Source of the DNA: a virus
Virus record (IMG/VR): IMGVR_UViG_3300014501_000001
Span: 1-64,000 of that record
Strand: one strand, 5' to 3'
DNA length: 64,000 nt
This document shows positions 1 through 10,967 of this stretch, in pieces. Made by a program: the position numbers and the translations under genes. Position 1 is the first letter of the stretch; each line of letters begins with the position of its first letter. Below the pieces are notes generated by a model. The model was not told the DNA's origin. It made no database searches and saw nothing but the letters and a program-made list of their open reading frames with translations.

Positions 1-138
1 GCCGAGTCCGGGCATCCGTCCTCATGCGTGATCACTCCCTCGGTAAGGGGAGCCATGCAGGCTGAGCAGCACCAGATCCCGTCCGGGTATCCGCCGCTCA
101 GGGTGAGAAGCCAGCGTCCGGCCTCGGGCGGCAGTGGC

Positions 139-1523
139 TCAGCCACGGTAATCCCACCTGAACAGGTCGTCGTAGTGGGCAAGGATGGCGTCCCAGGTCC
201 GGTCGCCGTCTGCGACGGACTGGATAGCGGACTTGCCGCCCCACGCTGCCAATGGCCTGCTGAGCGCGTCGGCCGGGTCAATGGCGAAGTACCGCTTCAG
301 GCGGTCGATCACGAGATCCGGTATCACCAGCGGATAGCGGCTGGCTATGCGCGCCAGCGTCTCCGGGTTGAGTTCGTCTTTCCGCAGGCCGGCCCGCTCT
401 AGCGCGGTGACGGCCTCTGGCGGTAGTGGCTCGCTCATGCCGCACGCCGCCTCTCCGTGATCACCCTGCGCCACTCGTCCTCAAGGTCCGCTATGAAGGC
501 GTGGGAACTGAACCCGGACCCGAAGCCGGCAGACGGCCACGTGAACCCGTGCCGGGCGGCACCGAAGTCGTCAAGGCGGAGTGCCCGGCATCCCTTCGCG
601 TAGGAGCCGAACGTCTGGCCGAGGGGGCAGTCGCATGAGGATGCGATCCGCATCTCAGCCGGGTCGAGCAGGGCTACCGCGCCGGGCCGCTTGTCCTCGA
701 TGAGCGCCACCCCGGCGGCGACGAGGGGCGCAACATCGGCGCTCATGCCGCACTCGCCGGGTGCCGGTTCGCGATTCCCTTAACCTCTGCGGGCTCCAAA
801 ACAGCAGCCCTTTCCCTCGGCGGATTCGGCTTCGCAATGGCGAAGGATGCGGTAATCCGGTATCCTTGGTGCATGGCGTCGCGGAATACGTATGCGATCG
901 TGAGAATGCCTATAACGGCAGCGGCGCTGACGGCGATAGTTGCGATCACGGCTGCCCCCTTTCATCGGTGCGGTCAGGGTCGTAGTCGGCTGCGTACGGG
1001 GCACCGAGGATGTCGGTCACCCGTCGCCAGTGCGGGTCATCTTCAAGGCCGCTGAAGGCATCCAGCTCGGCCCACAGCAGGCGGCTGGCGGAATCCATCA
1101 CCTGCCCCGAGGGGTGGCGGGAGCGGGCTTCCTGGCGGCGTTCCCGGCAGTCACAGCACCACGGGTGAGAGCGGCGGTCCCTGCGCGCGGCGAGCTTTCC
1201 GGTCAGCCATGCAAAGAGCAGCGGGGAAGTGAGGATGGCAATGGCGGCGAGGAGGGCCAGGAAGGTGCCCAGGGCGTGGTTCATGCGGGCACTCCCTCTG
1301 CGGGAACGTCGCCAATCCGCACGAGGTTGATCGGGCATTCGTGGCCGTCGAAGTCATGGCAGGTCTGGCACAGCGCGGCCTCGGTGAACATGGCGTGCAG
1401 CTCGCACAGCCAGCCGTCGCGGACGTGCTCATGGACGCACGCGCGTCGGTACTGGCCTTCTGCCGGGGCGCCGCAGATGAAGGGCAGCATTTCCCACTGC
1501 GCCTCGCAGGCGAGCGCGCTCAT
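139..1523 (-). CDS. Run of five small coupled hypothetical phage genes (139-438, 435-746, 743-949, 946-1284, 1281-1523)
   Basis: Consecutive ORFs with ATGA/GTGA stop-start overlaps; no recognisable domains. Confidence 0.6.
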
Positions 1524-1975
1524 GCCGCGCCATCCCACGAATGAACAAGAAAGCCAAGGTCATACATCCAGGGCTGCTCGTCGGCGGCGAACATGAAGTT
1601 GCACGGGTTGCAGACCTTGCGGATTGCGTCGCGGTCGAGAATGTCGCCGCCCCGTGCCCGCGTTAGCGGCTCATGCGGGTCGGTGGCGATGTTCGTGCAC
1701 CACGGCACTTCGCAGATGGACGGCTCGGCGAACATCTCGGCGACGATGGCGCGGCGCGTCACGTACTTGCGGGCTGTCTTAGCGCTGCGGAATCGCAGTC
1801 CCTTGCTGCGGCCTTGCGAGAAACCCGTTTCCCTGCGCGTTTTCCGTTTCTGCGCTCCGGACGCCCCTGCAACTTCGGGCAATTTTCCGCGCGCATTAAG
1901 GCCCGTCGCCCTCCGTAGCGGCCTGGTGCCCTTGGGCATCTCCGCCTTGCGCTGGAGGTTCCCGCCGCGCTTCAA
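1520..1975 (-). CDS. HNH-like endonuclease
   Basis: CEVPWC...DPHEPLTRARGG...VCNPCN pattern; basic N-terminus. Confidence 0.65.
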   Translation of the reverse strand: MKRGGNLQRKAEMPKGTRPLRRATGLNARGKLPEVAGASGAQKRKTRRETGFSQGRSKGLRFRSAKTARKYVTRRAIVAEMFAEPSICEVPWCTNIATDPHEPLTRARGGDILDRDAIRKVCNPCNFMFAADEQPWMYDLGFLVHSWDGAA

Positions 1976-2493
1976 AATCCCTCACCCCTCTGGCCCCGGT
2001 AGGCGTCCGCCACGGACTTTGTGAGCGTCTGCTGGAAGCTGCCCTGCTTGCCGACTTTCCGCAGGTGATCGGATGCCGCCTGCCGTGCCACCTTCGCCAG
2101 CCGGTAAGCGCGCTCCTCGTCCTTGATCTGGTCCTCAACCCAGGCGGTGACATAGGCGACCGTGATCCGGACGCCGTTAAACACGCCGGCTGGCGGGCAA
2201 TCGGGCGACATCTGTGCCCGGCGGCGTGCGGAGTCGCGTGCCTCCTCGGCTTCGAGCTCGGCGTTGCGGGCGCGCGCGAGCAGTTCGCCCGCCTCCTCAA
2301 GCGCGTCGGAGTAGGACTGGAGGTCGCGCTCGGCACCGGGCGGCGTCTGCGGGTCGCGGCTGCCGGAGATGTGGCGCTTGCAGTCACAGAGCCGGCACTC
2401 GCCGATCTCATCGGGCCGCGCCCAGTGGCCGCATTCGCAGCGGCCGGCGGGGATGGTCTCGTGACGGGCGGGCATGCTCACGGCGTCTCCCAC
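1972..2493 (-). CDS. Hypothetical protein with N-terminal Zn-binding motif and coiled coil
   Basis: CECGH...CRLCDC; coupled to neighbours. Confidence 0.6.
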   Translation of the reverse strand: MGDAVSMPARHETIPAGRCECGHWARPDEIGECRLCDCKRHISGSRDPQTPPGAERDLQSYSDALEEAGELLARARNAELEAEEARDSARRRAQMSPDCPPAGVFNGVRITVAYVTAWVEDQIKDEERAYRLAKVARQAASDHLRKVGKQGSFQQTLTKSVADAYRGQRGEGF

Positions 2494-2647
2494 CCTTCAG
2501 GCTGGTGACGTGGCGGAAGCTCGTCCACGGCTGCCGCCAGGTCCCTCGCGGGAAGATCCAGGGCTTCCGGGGTGGCGTCGTGGGCCAGGACTTCCCTCGC
2601 TACCCGCAGGAGTTCCCGGCGGGCGTTCACGGCTGCCTGAAGGGCGC

Positions 2648-3700
2648 TCACGCTGCAGCCTGCTTGCGCCACAGGTCTTGCAGGTAGGGCTTGAGCGGTT
2701 CCCAGGTGTCGTTCTGGCGGTCGGAGCAGACGTGCTCGTCGCCCAGCCCCTTATCCTCGGCCTCGGCGGCGCACGCCTCGATCCCGCGCCGTGACGTGGC
2801 GTTCCTGGCCTTCGCCGCGATCTGCTCGGCGCGCTCCCAGTCCTCAAGGCCGGGCTCGTCCGCTGGCACATCTGGCAGCGGTGGCGCGGGCTGCGCTACA
2901 GACTCAGCAGCAGGGACGGGCGGCGGCGCTGCGGCGATGGCCTTCGGCTGCTCTCCGGGAGCGGGCGGAAGCTGAGCCATGATCCCCCGGCCTTCGAGCG
3001 CCCCGGAGGCGATCTGGCGGAACGTGGCCAGCACTTCCAGCACGGGGACCGGGTAGTTGGTCGTCTTGCCCCCGGCGATCCGCTGCCGCTGCTCGATGCG
3101 CAGGATGGCGGGCAGCAGGACGCCCTTGTCGCGGGCTGCCTGCATGAGGATCGCCGCGTCGCCTATCTCGCTGGCGGCGTAGTAGCTGCCTGAATCCAGG
3201 CGGAAGATTCCCAGGCCGGGCAGGTCGGGGATCATGACCGAGATGCGGGTGACGAGCTTGCACGCCTGCGGCGGGTTCAGCTTGGCCAGCCCGGCGCGCT
3301 CCAAGGCGCAGCGCGCAACCTCGTCCTCGTCGCCAGGGTCAGCGGCGTGCGGGCACAGGCACGGACCATTGCTTATCTGCTCGTGCCGGGAATCGCAGCG
3401 CCTCTCCGCTCCCCCCTTGTTCCACTTCTCATACCATTGCGAGATCACCTGATCGCGCGGCGGCACGGTCACGCCGATGGCCGACTCTTTGGTGATGACC
3501 TCAAACTGCCCGCGCTGCCAGTCGCGCACTTCGCCGCCGTAAAGCTCGGCGATGGCGTCGGCAGCGACTCGCGACGCAGTAGTGAATCTGAAGGTGCTCA
3601 GCTTGTCGGGTCGCATCTTTCCGTTGGACGCCTGGACTAGCTGGCCAAGGCGTATCCGTCCGATCTGCTGCCCGCGTCTTTGGATATCCAAGATGGCCAT
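2648..3700 (-). CDS. Gp3-like recombination directionality factor / recombination protein
   Basis: Starts ILDIQRRGQQIGRIRLG, contains FRFTT, RRCD and GIFRLDSGSYYAA; adjacent to an exonuclease. Confidence 0.75.
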   Translation of the reverse strand: MAILDIQRRGQQIGRIRLGQLVQASNGKMRPDKLSTFRFTTASRVAADAIAELYGGEVRDWQRGQFEVITKESAIGVTVPPRDQVISQWYEKWNKGGAERRCDSRHEQISNGPCLCPHAADPGDEDEVARCALERAGLAKLNPPQACKLVTRISVMIPDLPGLGIFRLDSGSYYAASEIGDAAILMQAARDKGVLLPAILRIEQRQRIAGGKTTNYPVPVLEVLATFRQIASGALEGRGIMAQLPPAPGEQPKAIAAAPPPVPAAESVAQPAPPLPDVPADEPGLEDWERAEQIAAKARNATSRRGIEACAAEAEDKGLGDEHVCSDRQNDTWEPLKPYLQDLWRKQAAA

Positions 3701-4872
3701 TACGCCGCCTCCCCCGATGCGGTGGCTTCCCCGGCAAGGCTCAGCCCGTGATCGGCGAGCATTACCCGGATGGTTTCGATCAGCTTCGGCCCGACGCCCT
3801 TGACGGCGAGCACGTCGGCCACGGTGAACCGGGCCAGGTCTTCCAGTTCCGTCGCCGGCCCGAGTGCCTTGCCGAGCGGCGACAGTGCCCGGCCGTAGCC
3901 CTCGCCGGCCAGGTCGCAGATCCGCGGCCCCGGCATGGTGCCGTCAGCCCGCAGCGGGCGCACGGCGTAGCCCGGCTTGGCCTTCTCCACCTGCCGGTCC
4001 CGGTAGACCCCGGCGGCGTTCCGGAACCGCTCCCACGCAACCTCGTCCTTCGGCCCGGCCACCAGCATCAGCAGGTAGCCGTCCGGGTACTCGGGCCGCA
4101 GGTGCAGGACGGCTCCGGCGTCGGTGCGCGGCATCGGCTGCAGGTCGCCCATCGGCAGCAGGCATTCCGTCATCCGCCGGTACGCGGCAAGCTGCTCTTT
4201 CCAGGTGCCTTCCTGGTTGCGGCCCGTCTTGGTGTCCACGCAGACCGACACGACGCTGCCGGGGCAGGCGATGAGCCGGGAGCCATCCGGGTGAATCGCG
4301 TACCCGGTCAGGACGATGATCATGTCGAGCGTCCCGGCGATGCCGAGAGGCTGGTTGTAGACCGCCATCTCCGTCGCCTCGAAAACCGGGTTGAAGTGCG
4401 CGACGAAGCTCAGGAACCCCTCGATCATGAAGTCCGCGACATCCTCGACGGGCTCGCCGTCATACAGGGCGTCCCGCAGGTGATCCGGCAGCACGGGGAT
4501 GGCGATGTCGGCCCCGGTGCGGCCCGGCGACGCGGCCCAGAGGATCAGGGCCTCCTGCACGTCGTGCACGTAGGTCCCGGCGTCGGCCTTGACCGCGCGT
4601 AGCTGCTCGGCGGCGTCCTTCCCGAGGTCGATCGCGGCCTGGCGCCGCTCGTCCTGCGGTATCCGCTCATCCCGCAGCGTCTGCGCCAGTAGCGTCATGT
4701 GATCGACGGCCCACGCCATTGACGACGTGCCGTACCACTTCTTGATCCACGGCTTGCTGTTGGTCGCGCTGATGACCGTGGTGACGGAATCAAGCTGCTC
4801 GCCGGTCGGCGGGTACGGGTAAAACCTAGAGTCGTCCTCGCGCGTCGTCCGCACTTCCGTCGCGGCGGTCAT
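3700..4872 (-). CDS. PD-(D/E)XK (Cas4/lambda-exo-like) exonuclease with C-terminal alphaCTD-like HhH domain
   Basis: SVTTVI, GTYVH, IAGTLD...DTKTG...QLAAY; C-terminal VLAVKGVGPKLIETIRVMLADHGLSL. Confidence 0.8.
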   Translation of the reverse strand: MTAATEVRTTREDDSRFYPYPPTGEQLDSVTTVISATNSKPWIKKWYGTSSMAWAVDHMTLLAQTLRDERIPQDERRQAAIDLGKDAAEQLRAVKADAGTYVHDVQEALILWAASPGRTGADIAIPVLPDHLRDALYDGEPVEDVADFMIEGFLSFVAHFNPVFEATEMAVYNQPLGIAGTLDMIIVLTGYAIHPDGSRLIACPGSVVSVCVDTKTGRNQEGTWKEQLAAYRRMTECLLPMGDLQPMPRTDAGAVLHLRPEYPDGYLLMLVAGPKDEVAWERFRNAAGVYRDRQVEKAKPGYAVRPLRADGTMPGPRICDLAGEGYGRALSPLGKALGPATELEDLARFTVADVLAVKGVGPKLIETIRVMLADHGLSLAGEATASGEAA

Positions 4873-6345
4873 CTAGTGCCTGCCATCAGGTAGCGCAGCG
4901 CATCGTCAACCTCAGCGCACGCGAGCTGGAGCGCCTCCTCTTGCCGGCCTGCGCACGTGAGTTCGGGCCAGACTTCTGCCCACGTCACCAGCCCCGTAGC
5001 CAGCCCGTTCCGGACCCGGACGGCTTCGGTAAAGTCCATCCACGCAAGCGCCAGTTCTTCCTCGCTGAGGCTTGCGCTTGCCCACGGCCGGACCTCGAAC
5101 AGCGGGGCGTCCCGCTCAGCCATCGCGTCGAGCACGTCCGCTGCCGTCTGCTCTGAGACCGGGAGGGTTATCACGTCTGCGGTGGTGGTCATGAGGCACG
5201 CTCCACGCTGTCAACCCACGCCTCAGCCGACAGGTCCGCGAACCCGTCCAGGAAGCCGGCATCGCGCAGGTTCGCGCCGCGAAGGGCGACTTCCGCGTAA
5301 TCCTCTAGCGACCTGTCGCCCCAGCCGCCGGGCTCGGCCTCCACCGATACCGTGACGAGGAACTGCACCTCGGCTTGCCTGGTGCTCATCTCGCGGCCTC
5401 CTGCTCATCGACGTAGCGGCTCATGCCACGGCAGTACGGGCAGACGGCGAGGTGCCAGCGTCCATTACCGAAGGCGAGGGATTCCCGGAGGCAGTAGAGC
5501 CGGGTCCAGCGCGGGCGCCTCATGCCGCCGCTCCGTCGTCCTCAACCGCGTCAATCACGGTCGTGTGCATGTCCGCTGCCGGCATGATCACGGTCCCCGG
5601 AGCGTCCTCGTCAGGCTCCAGAACCGGGTCGGCGGGCATCGGCTCCGAGTCGTGAAGCTCAAGGAACTTCGTCACGCCTTCATCGCGGCGCTCGTCTGCC
5701 TCGGTGCGGGGACCGAAGATCTCGTCAAAGGGATCGGGCGACACGTCATCGCGGGGTACGGGAACGAACTCGTACCCGGCTGCGGCAGCCTCGGCTAGCG
5801 TGACGGGCGCCAGCCCGAACTCCGCGCGGTCGGCCTCTGCTGCCGCTGCCAGCGCGTCCAGTTCCGGTGCTGGCCCGGCGTCCACGGCGACTACGGGCAG
5901 GAGCGCCACGTCCTCTCCCCTTAGTGCCTGCTCGGACAGGGCGTAAAGGGCACCGAACGCGGGGTCGGTCAGCCGGCGTTCCTCGTAGCGGGCCTTCTCC
6001 TCGTCGGTGGCTTCCCGCGGCTCGCCGATGCCCAGCACCCAGGCGAGGTCGGTGCGCTCACGCAGGAGTTGCGCAGCGAAGTCAACGGATAGCGGTCCAT
6101 GGTCCATGGCCCGTGGCTTGGCGGCAGGCTTCGGCTTCGTTGCTGTAGGCATGTCAGTGGTCCCCCTCGTTGCAAGTCAGTCGCGGCAGCAGCCGGGCGC
6201 GTATGCGGTCCTCGACGTCTGCCCGGTGCTGGATAGCGGCGGCAAGCCGCTCGTAGGCGCTAGCGATACGGTTGCGGGCTGCCTGGTCCTCGGTGATGTG
6301 GTCCCGCTCTGCGATGGCGCGGAGCGTGGCCTGCATGCCGGTCAT
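4869..6345 (-). CDS. Small hypothetical early genes (4869-5192, 5189-5389, 5520-6152, 6154-6345)
   Basis: Coupled ORFs with RBS-like sequences. Confidence 0.55.
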
Positions 6346-6758
6346 GACGCCTCCCGGCAGGCGCGAGGCAGAACGGATGCCAGGAACTCGCGGGCCACGT
6401 CAGCGGCCCGGTGCGCGGACGGCTCGGCTACGCAGTAGCAGCCGTCACGGTCCTCGTTCGCGTCATGCTCGATGCCCTGCGCCGTGCCCTCCAGCCAGGC
6501 GGCGACGGCGAGCGCGACTGCTGGCTGCATAGCTGCCACGTAGCGGGCGTCCGCGTGGTCCGCCTTCCACTCCTTCCGGCCGAACATCGCGACCCGCTTG
6601 CGGTCCCGCAGGTGCCCGTCGTTGAGTACCTGGCAGCCCTCGAAGCCCATGCACAGGTGATCCCAGTTGCCGGAGGTTGCGCCCTCGGCGAGTCCCCGCA
6701 TCATTCGCGCGGCTTCGCGCAGGCTGGCCATGACCTCGGCGGATTCGGTGGCGCTCAT
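6342..6758 (-). CDS. Ead/Ea22-like protein, paralog of 15957-16415
   Basis: LREAA...AEGATSGNW...DARYVAAMQPAVALAVAAWL. Confidence 0.6.
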   Translation of the reverse strand: MSATESAEVMASLREAARMMRGLAEGATSGNWDHLCMGFEGCQVLNDGHLRDRKRVAMFGRKEWKADHADARYVAAMQPAVALAVAAWLEGTAQGIEHDANEDRDGCYCVAEPSAHRAADVAREFLASVLPRACREAS

Positions 6759-7804
6759 CGCCCGATCACCGCCCTGCCGGTCCCGCTGCACTCCGTACCG
6801 GGGCACAGCACGTGGCTGTGAGTGCCTACCGTCCCGTTGTCCACCCGGACCTGACGGAGGCACTGGGGGCAGTAGACGAGGCCGTGGCGGGCTACGGGCC
6901 GGTAGTCCTCGCAGCTTGCGCGGTGGGTTTCGTGGCGCCCGGTGCCGCTGCCGACCCCGAAGCATTTGGGGCAGACGTAGCCGATGCTCACCGGCTGGGG
7001 CATGGCCAGGGTCACGTTCCGGCCTGTCACCGGGAGGGCTGCCGGGGCGCTCATGACGCACTCTCCGTCTGCTGCAGCGCCTCGCGGCGGGAAGCGCACC
7101 ACGCGGAGAACTCAGCGACGTGATCGCGTATCCGCTGCTGCTGCCCGTAGGCGGTCCTGACGGTGCGCGCGTGGCGTCCCCGGCTGGTCAGCCCGCGCCA
7201 TGCGTGGCGCTGCTCGCGCCTCAGCACGCGCGTTCCCTGGGGCCTCATAGCGCGCCCTCGTCAGTGACAAGGGGTGCTTTGGTGGACATTGCGGTTCCTC
7301 CCTGTATCGTGGTCGTGCGGTTCCTTCCGGGGCGTCAGTGGTAGCTGGCGCCCCGTTTCACGTCTCAGGCCGCGTCGGCGCCCTTCTTGCCTGCCGCTTC
7401 CGCTAGCCCCTCGTCCAGCAGCCGCACTGCCCGTTCCAGGGGAGCCGGTGACCGTCCGGGAGATGCGGCGAGGGCGTCACGTGCTGCCTTCTCCCCTGCC
7501 GCGCGGACCGCGTGCTGGCCGGGGCAGGACTCGCGGGGAGCGGTACTGGCGGTCATGCGGCACCGCCCGTTCCGGGAAGCTCGATCTCGCCGCGCTCGGC
7601 CGCCTGATACCAGCGCTCGTACTTGCTGCCGGTCCTGTCCCAGTGGACGCCCAGCAGGCCCGCAGCCTCGATGGCGGTTGCGCCCTTGTGCCGGAGGTCG
7701 GCGTACTGACGCACGCGCTCAGCGAAGGCACCGCGCAGTGCGGCTCCTGCTCCCGGCACGTTCCCGGCTGCCCTGTTGCGGGCTGCCACGTCGGGGCGCT
7801 TCAC
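6755..7804 (-). CDS. Small genes downstream of cro (6755-7054 Cys-rich, 7051-7248, 7365-7556, 7553-7804 HTH-like)
   Basis: Overlapping stop/start codons. Confidence 0.5.
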
Positions 7805-8037
7805 GCCGCTGTCCCCGCCGTGAGCGGGTCGCACTCCGGGTCCTGCATCAGGCTGGCCACTGGCGCTTCTAGCGCGGCGGCCAGCCGGTGCAGTACCTCG
7901 ATGCTCGGCGCGTAGTTCTCCTTCTCCAGCTCCGCTACGTAGCGGGCTGAGATGTCGCAGGCGACGGCAAGCTGGGACTTCGTCATGCCGCGCCCGACGC
8001 GCTGTCGCCGTAGCTCCAGACCCTTGATATCAGGCAT
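7801..8037 (-). CDS. Cro-like XRE HTH regulator
   Basis: LRRQRVGRGMTKSQLAVACDISARYVAELEK; first gene of the leftward operon. Confidence 0.85.
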   Translation of the reverse strand: MPDIKGLELRRQRVGRGMTKSQLAVACDISARYVAELEKENYAPSIEVLHRLAAALEAPVASLMQDPECDPLTAGTAA

Positions 8038-8199
8038 GGACCCATGGTGGAAGTGAATGGAAGCAAAGTCAAGTCAATTGACCTGGATTCCCTGATTCTT
8101 TACTCAGGGTGGAAGGTGATCGCGCGTGCTGCGGCTGGGGTCACTGGTAGTTCTGCGGTCAGGGTGGATTCTTCCTAACCCTTCCGGCATAGTGTCTGC
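8038..8199. promoter_or_regulatory. Divergent cro/cI promoter region; both transcripts likely leaderless
   Basis: Minus strand TTGACT(8072-8067)-N17-CACCAT(8049-8044), 6 nt before the ATG at 8037; plus strand CATAGT(8188-8193), 6 nt before the ATG at 8200; repeated CAGGGTGGA/GTGGAAG. Confidence 0.65.
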
Positions 8200-8532
8200 A
8201 TGGCGCAAGAGGACTGGAAACGCCTTGCCAGCTACGTGGTCGCGCGCAGGGTGAAGCTCGGCTACCGCGACCGGCTGGCCTTTGCCGACGTCTCCGGCGT
8301 GACGGCACGGACTCTCGGCAAGCTGGAGAAAGGGCTAAAGGTCGGCGCGGTCACCCTGGCGGACGTTGAGATTGCGCTGGGCTGGGAGCCGGACTCGGCG
8401 CGGAGCATCCTGGCCGGCCGCGAGCCGGTGATCAAGGCAGCGCCTGCCCTTGCGCCGCAGATACCGGAACTCACCGAGGACGAGCGCCGCGCCGTCCTGG
8501 CCTACCTGGAAGTGCGCCGCGCGGGCGGCTGA
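8200..8532 (+). CDS. CI-like immunity repressor (XRE HTH)
   Basis: LASYVVARRVKLGY...GVTARTLGKLEKG...EIALGWEPDS, typical of actinophage repressors. Confidence 0.8.
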   Translation: MAQEDWKRLASYVVARRVKLGYRDRLAFADVSGVTARTLGKLEKGLKVGAVTLADVEIALGWEPDSARSILAGREPVIKAAPALAPQIPELTEDERRAVLAYLEVRRAGG

Positions 8533-9352
8533 TCGCGCACGAGATGCAGCGAGGGGACCGGGGCCGCAGCCTGATACCAGGCGAGCCGCTCGGCAAGCGC
8601 GCACTCCCGGCCGCGGGAATCTGCCAGGTCGCCGGCCAGCCGGGTAACCAGGACGTCCCGTCGCTGCCGTGAGCGCATCGCCACGACGACTCCTGCCGCC
8701 ACGGCTGCCGCTGCCGCCAGTGCCGCCGTCCATGCCAGGCCCCGTCGCCGCATACCACTATCCCCGCTATCTGCGCACTGCCGGGGGCGGCAGCGCGGGA
8801 CAGATGTTAACGCCGCTGACCTGAGAGGCAGCGGCGGGTCTAGTGGCCGGAGACTACCCGCGTGGCGGGTGAACGCACTCCGTAGCATACAGTGATGGCC
8901 AAGTCACGCACCGTGAACGGCGGTTTGCGTAAAAAGGCCGCGACGGCGGGCCGGCATCCACCACGCGCTGTCTCCGGCCAAGGAAACGTTCGCGCAGGTT
9001 GCCGGCCACGCCGTCGCGGCGCTTGGCTCCCGGTACCGGAGGGGGCGGCCGGGAAGCTATACACCATCGTGCACTGCCGCGCGGGCGACTTCTCACGATG
9101 AGACACTCTTGTCTGAAATACCTTGGCATGCCGGGCGCCACCCCAGTAGTGACCAGATGCCTGCGCCCTTCCCTCCCGTAGCGCTAGCCTCCGCACCGGA
9201 GGGGAGTCACGGCGGCGCGCTGCCTTAAAGACCGCTCGCAGCGTTCCCTGTCGGGGTCGATAGGAATCTCCTCTGCATGCAAGCCTGACGCGCCGCCGTG
9301 ACAACTAAGGCTGCCGTGCCGGAGGCGGGGGACAACCGGCACGGCAGCCGGC

Positions 9353-10039
9353 TCAGCCCCAGGATGCCCCTTCCTCCTTGGCCACCTCGATCAGCTCCAG
9401 CAGCTCGTCCGGCCCTTCCGCCTCCAGCGGCGGCTGGGGCCTGGTGGCGCGCTCATGCTTCGTCAGTTCCCCCGTGCGCCGCGCGAACCACTTTCCGCCG
9501 GCTACGTACGATGCCCAGCCAGGGTTAGCGGCGTCGATGCGCGCAATGGCCTCGGTGACGGTCTCGAGCGCGTCAGCCACGGCCGACCTCCGCGTAGGCC
9601 GCGCTGACAAGGGCGTCATCGAGGAAGCAGCGGAGCACCTGCGCGCTGCTGGCCGTCAGCGTGTCGCCGTCGCCTCGCGGGACCGCGGTGAAGACGCCGT
9701 CTCCCTCGGTGATGACCCACGCCCCGCCGTAGCGGGCCTGCAGGCGTGCCAGTTCCCAGCCGCCGCCGTTCACCGGGAGCCCCTGTCCACGGGCGCGGCC
9801 TGCCGGAGCTTGGCCCGGAGAGCTGCCGCACTGTCCGCCGTGATGGGCGTGCCGCCGTCAGCGGGCCGGGCTTTCCAGATGGCACCAGCGCGGCGGTAGT
9901 CGATCGAGAACGTGTAGCACGGCTGCCATTGATCCTCCAGGTCTGCCAGGTCGTGCAGGTCCCTGGTGCCCTGCGATTCCTGTAAGCGCGCTCGTTCCTC
10001 AGCCATGCCCGTCCCCGCTTCCGGTAGCCGTTCGCTCAC
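9353..10039 (-). CDS. Three tandem, distantly related small proteins (9353-9619, 9573-9773, 9770-10039)
   Basis: Shared W...(F/W)xA...(L/I)xAxxxxxL pattern; divergent from GntR. Confidence 0.55.
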
Positions 10040-10130
10040 TCACTGCTCACCATACGCCGGGTATCCCTGGACATCTACTGTTATGCACATGCGCATTAGG
10101 ATGCCCCGGATTGTGCACATGTTACTCCGG

Positions 10131-10400
10131 GTGCCTAATGTTGATCTTGTGACGCTCGACTATGAAGGGGAGATACCCCTTTACCGGCAGCTGGCAGCCA
10201 TCCTGCGGGCTCAGATCGAGGCTGGGGAGATAGCGCCGGGGCGGCCGATCCCGAGCAAGAAGCGCCTGTGCCAGGAGTTCGAGGTGAGCGCCGGCACAGC
10301 CGAGCACGCACTTAGCCTGCTCAAGGCGGAGGGCCTGATCCGCCCGGCCCCCGGCAAGGGCCTGTACGTGGTGCCGGAGGACCAGCGACACGCACCGTGA
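10131..10400 (+). CDS. GntR-family wHTH regulator
   Basis: PLYRQLAAILRAQIEAGE...IPSKKRLCQEFEVS...GKGLYV; repeated TGCACATG upstream (10084-10121). Confidence 0.85.
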   Translation: MPNVDLVTLDYEGEIPLYRQLAAILRAQIEAGEIAPGRPIPSKKRLCQEFEVSAGTAEHALSLLKAEGLIRPAPGKGLYVVPEDQRHAP

Positions 10401-10495
10401 CCAGCGGTTACGTGCGCCCCGTCGCTGCCTTGTTACGCTACGGAGCGCGACCTTCTACCCTGTCGGCCGCCTGGTGGTCTTTGCGCAGACTGCCC

Positions 10496-10540
10496 GCGAG
10501 GCCGTCCGCTTTCCCCCCGGGAGCGGCGGCCTCGCTTTTT
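10496..10540 (+). terminator. Intrinsic terminator-like hairpin
   Basis: GCGAGGCCGTCCGCT...AGCGGCGGCCTCGC followed by TTTTT. Confidence 0.6.
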
Positions 10541-10967
10541 CCGCGCCTGGACGCCAAGATGCCCGGCCAGTCTTCGCAAATGGCCGGGCATCTCGTGGCG
10601 AGAGTCCCGGGATGCGATCGGGAACCTCTGAACCCCCGCGCAGGATGCTAGCGCAGGGTGAGCGTGAGAGCACTCAGCGACACGAGGGGAAGCTGGGCCT
10701 GCCGCCGAGATTCACGGTTCGCCATCCAAGAACTGCGGCCGGATATCCTTGCTGCGGATGCCGCCGCTAGGAGGGTCCGGCGTTACGAACGGCGAAACCC
10801 GCTAGATCAAGGCCCCTGATCACGGCATCTAGCCTATCTACCTGCGGATTGCCGCCGAAAACCGGCGTAGTGGCCTCTTACCGGCCGGATGATGGTCTCA
10901 GGAGCCGGATTTCGCTGTCCGGGCATGGCGAAGTGCCCGCCTGCGGCGGGCTGCGGAGCAGGAAGCC

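Noticed and set aside
7255-7365. CUGACGAG and GAAAC on the minus strand as a third hammerhead
   Set aside because: No NUH site at the stem III junction and no stem I/II pairing
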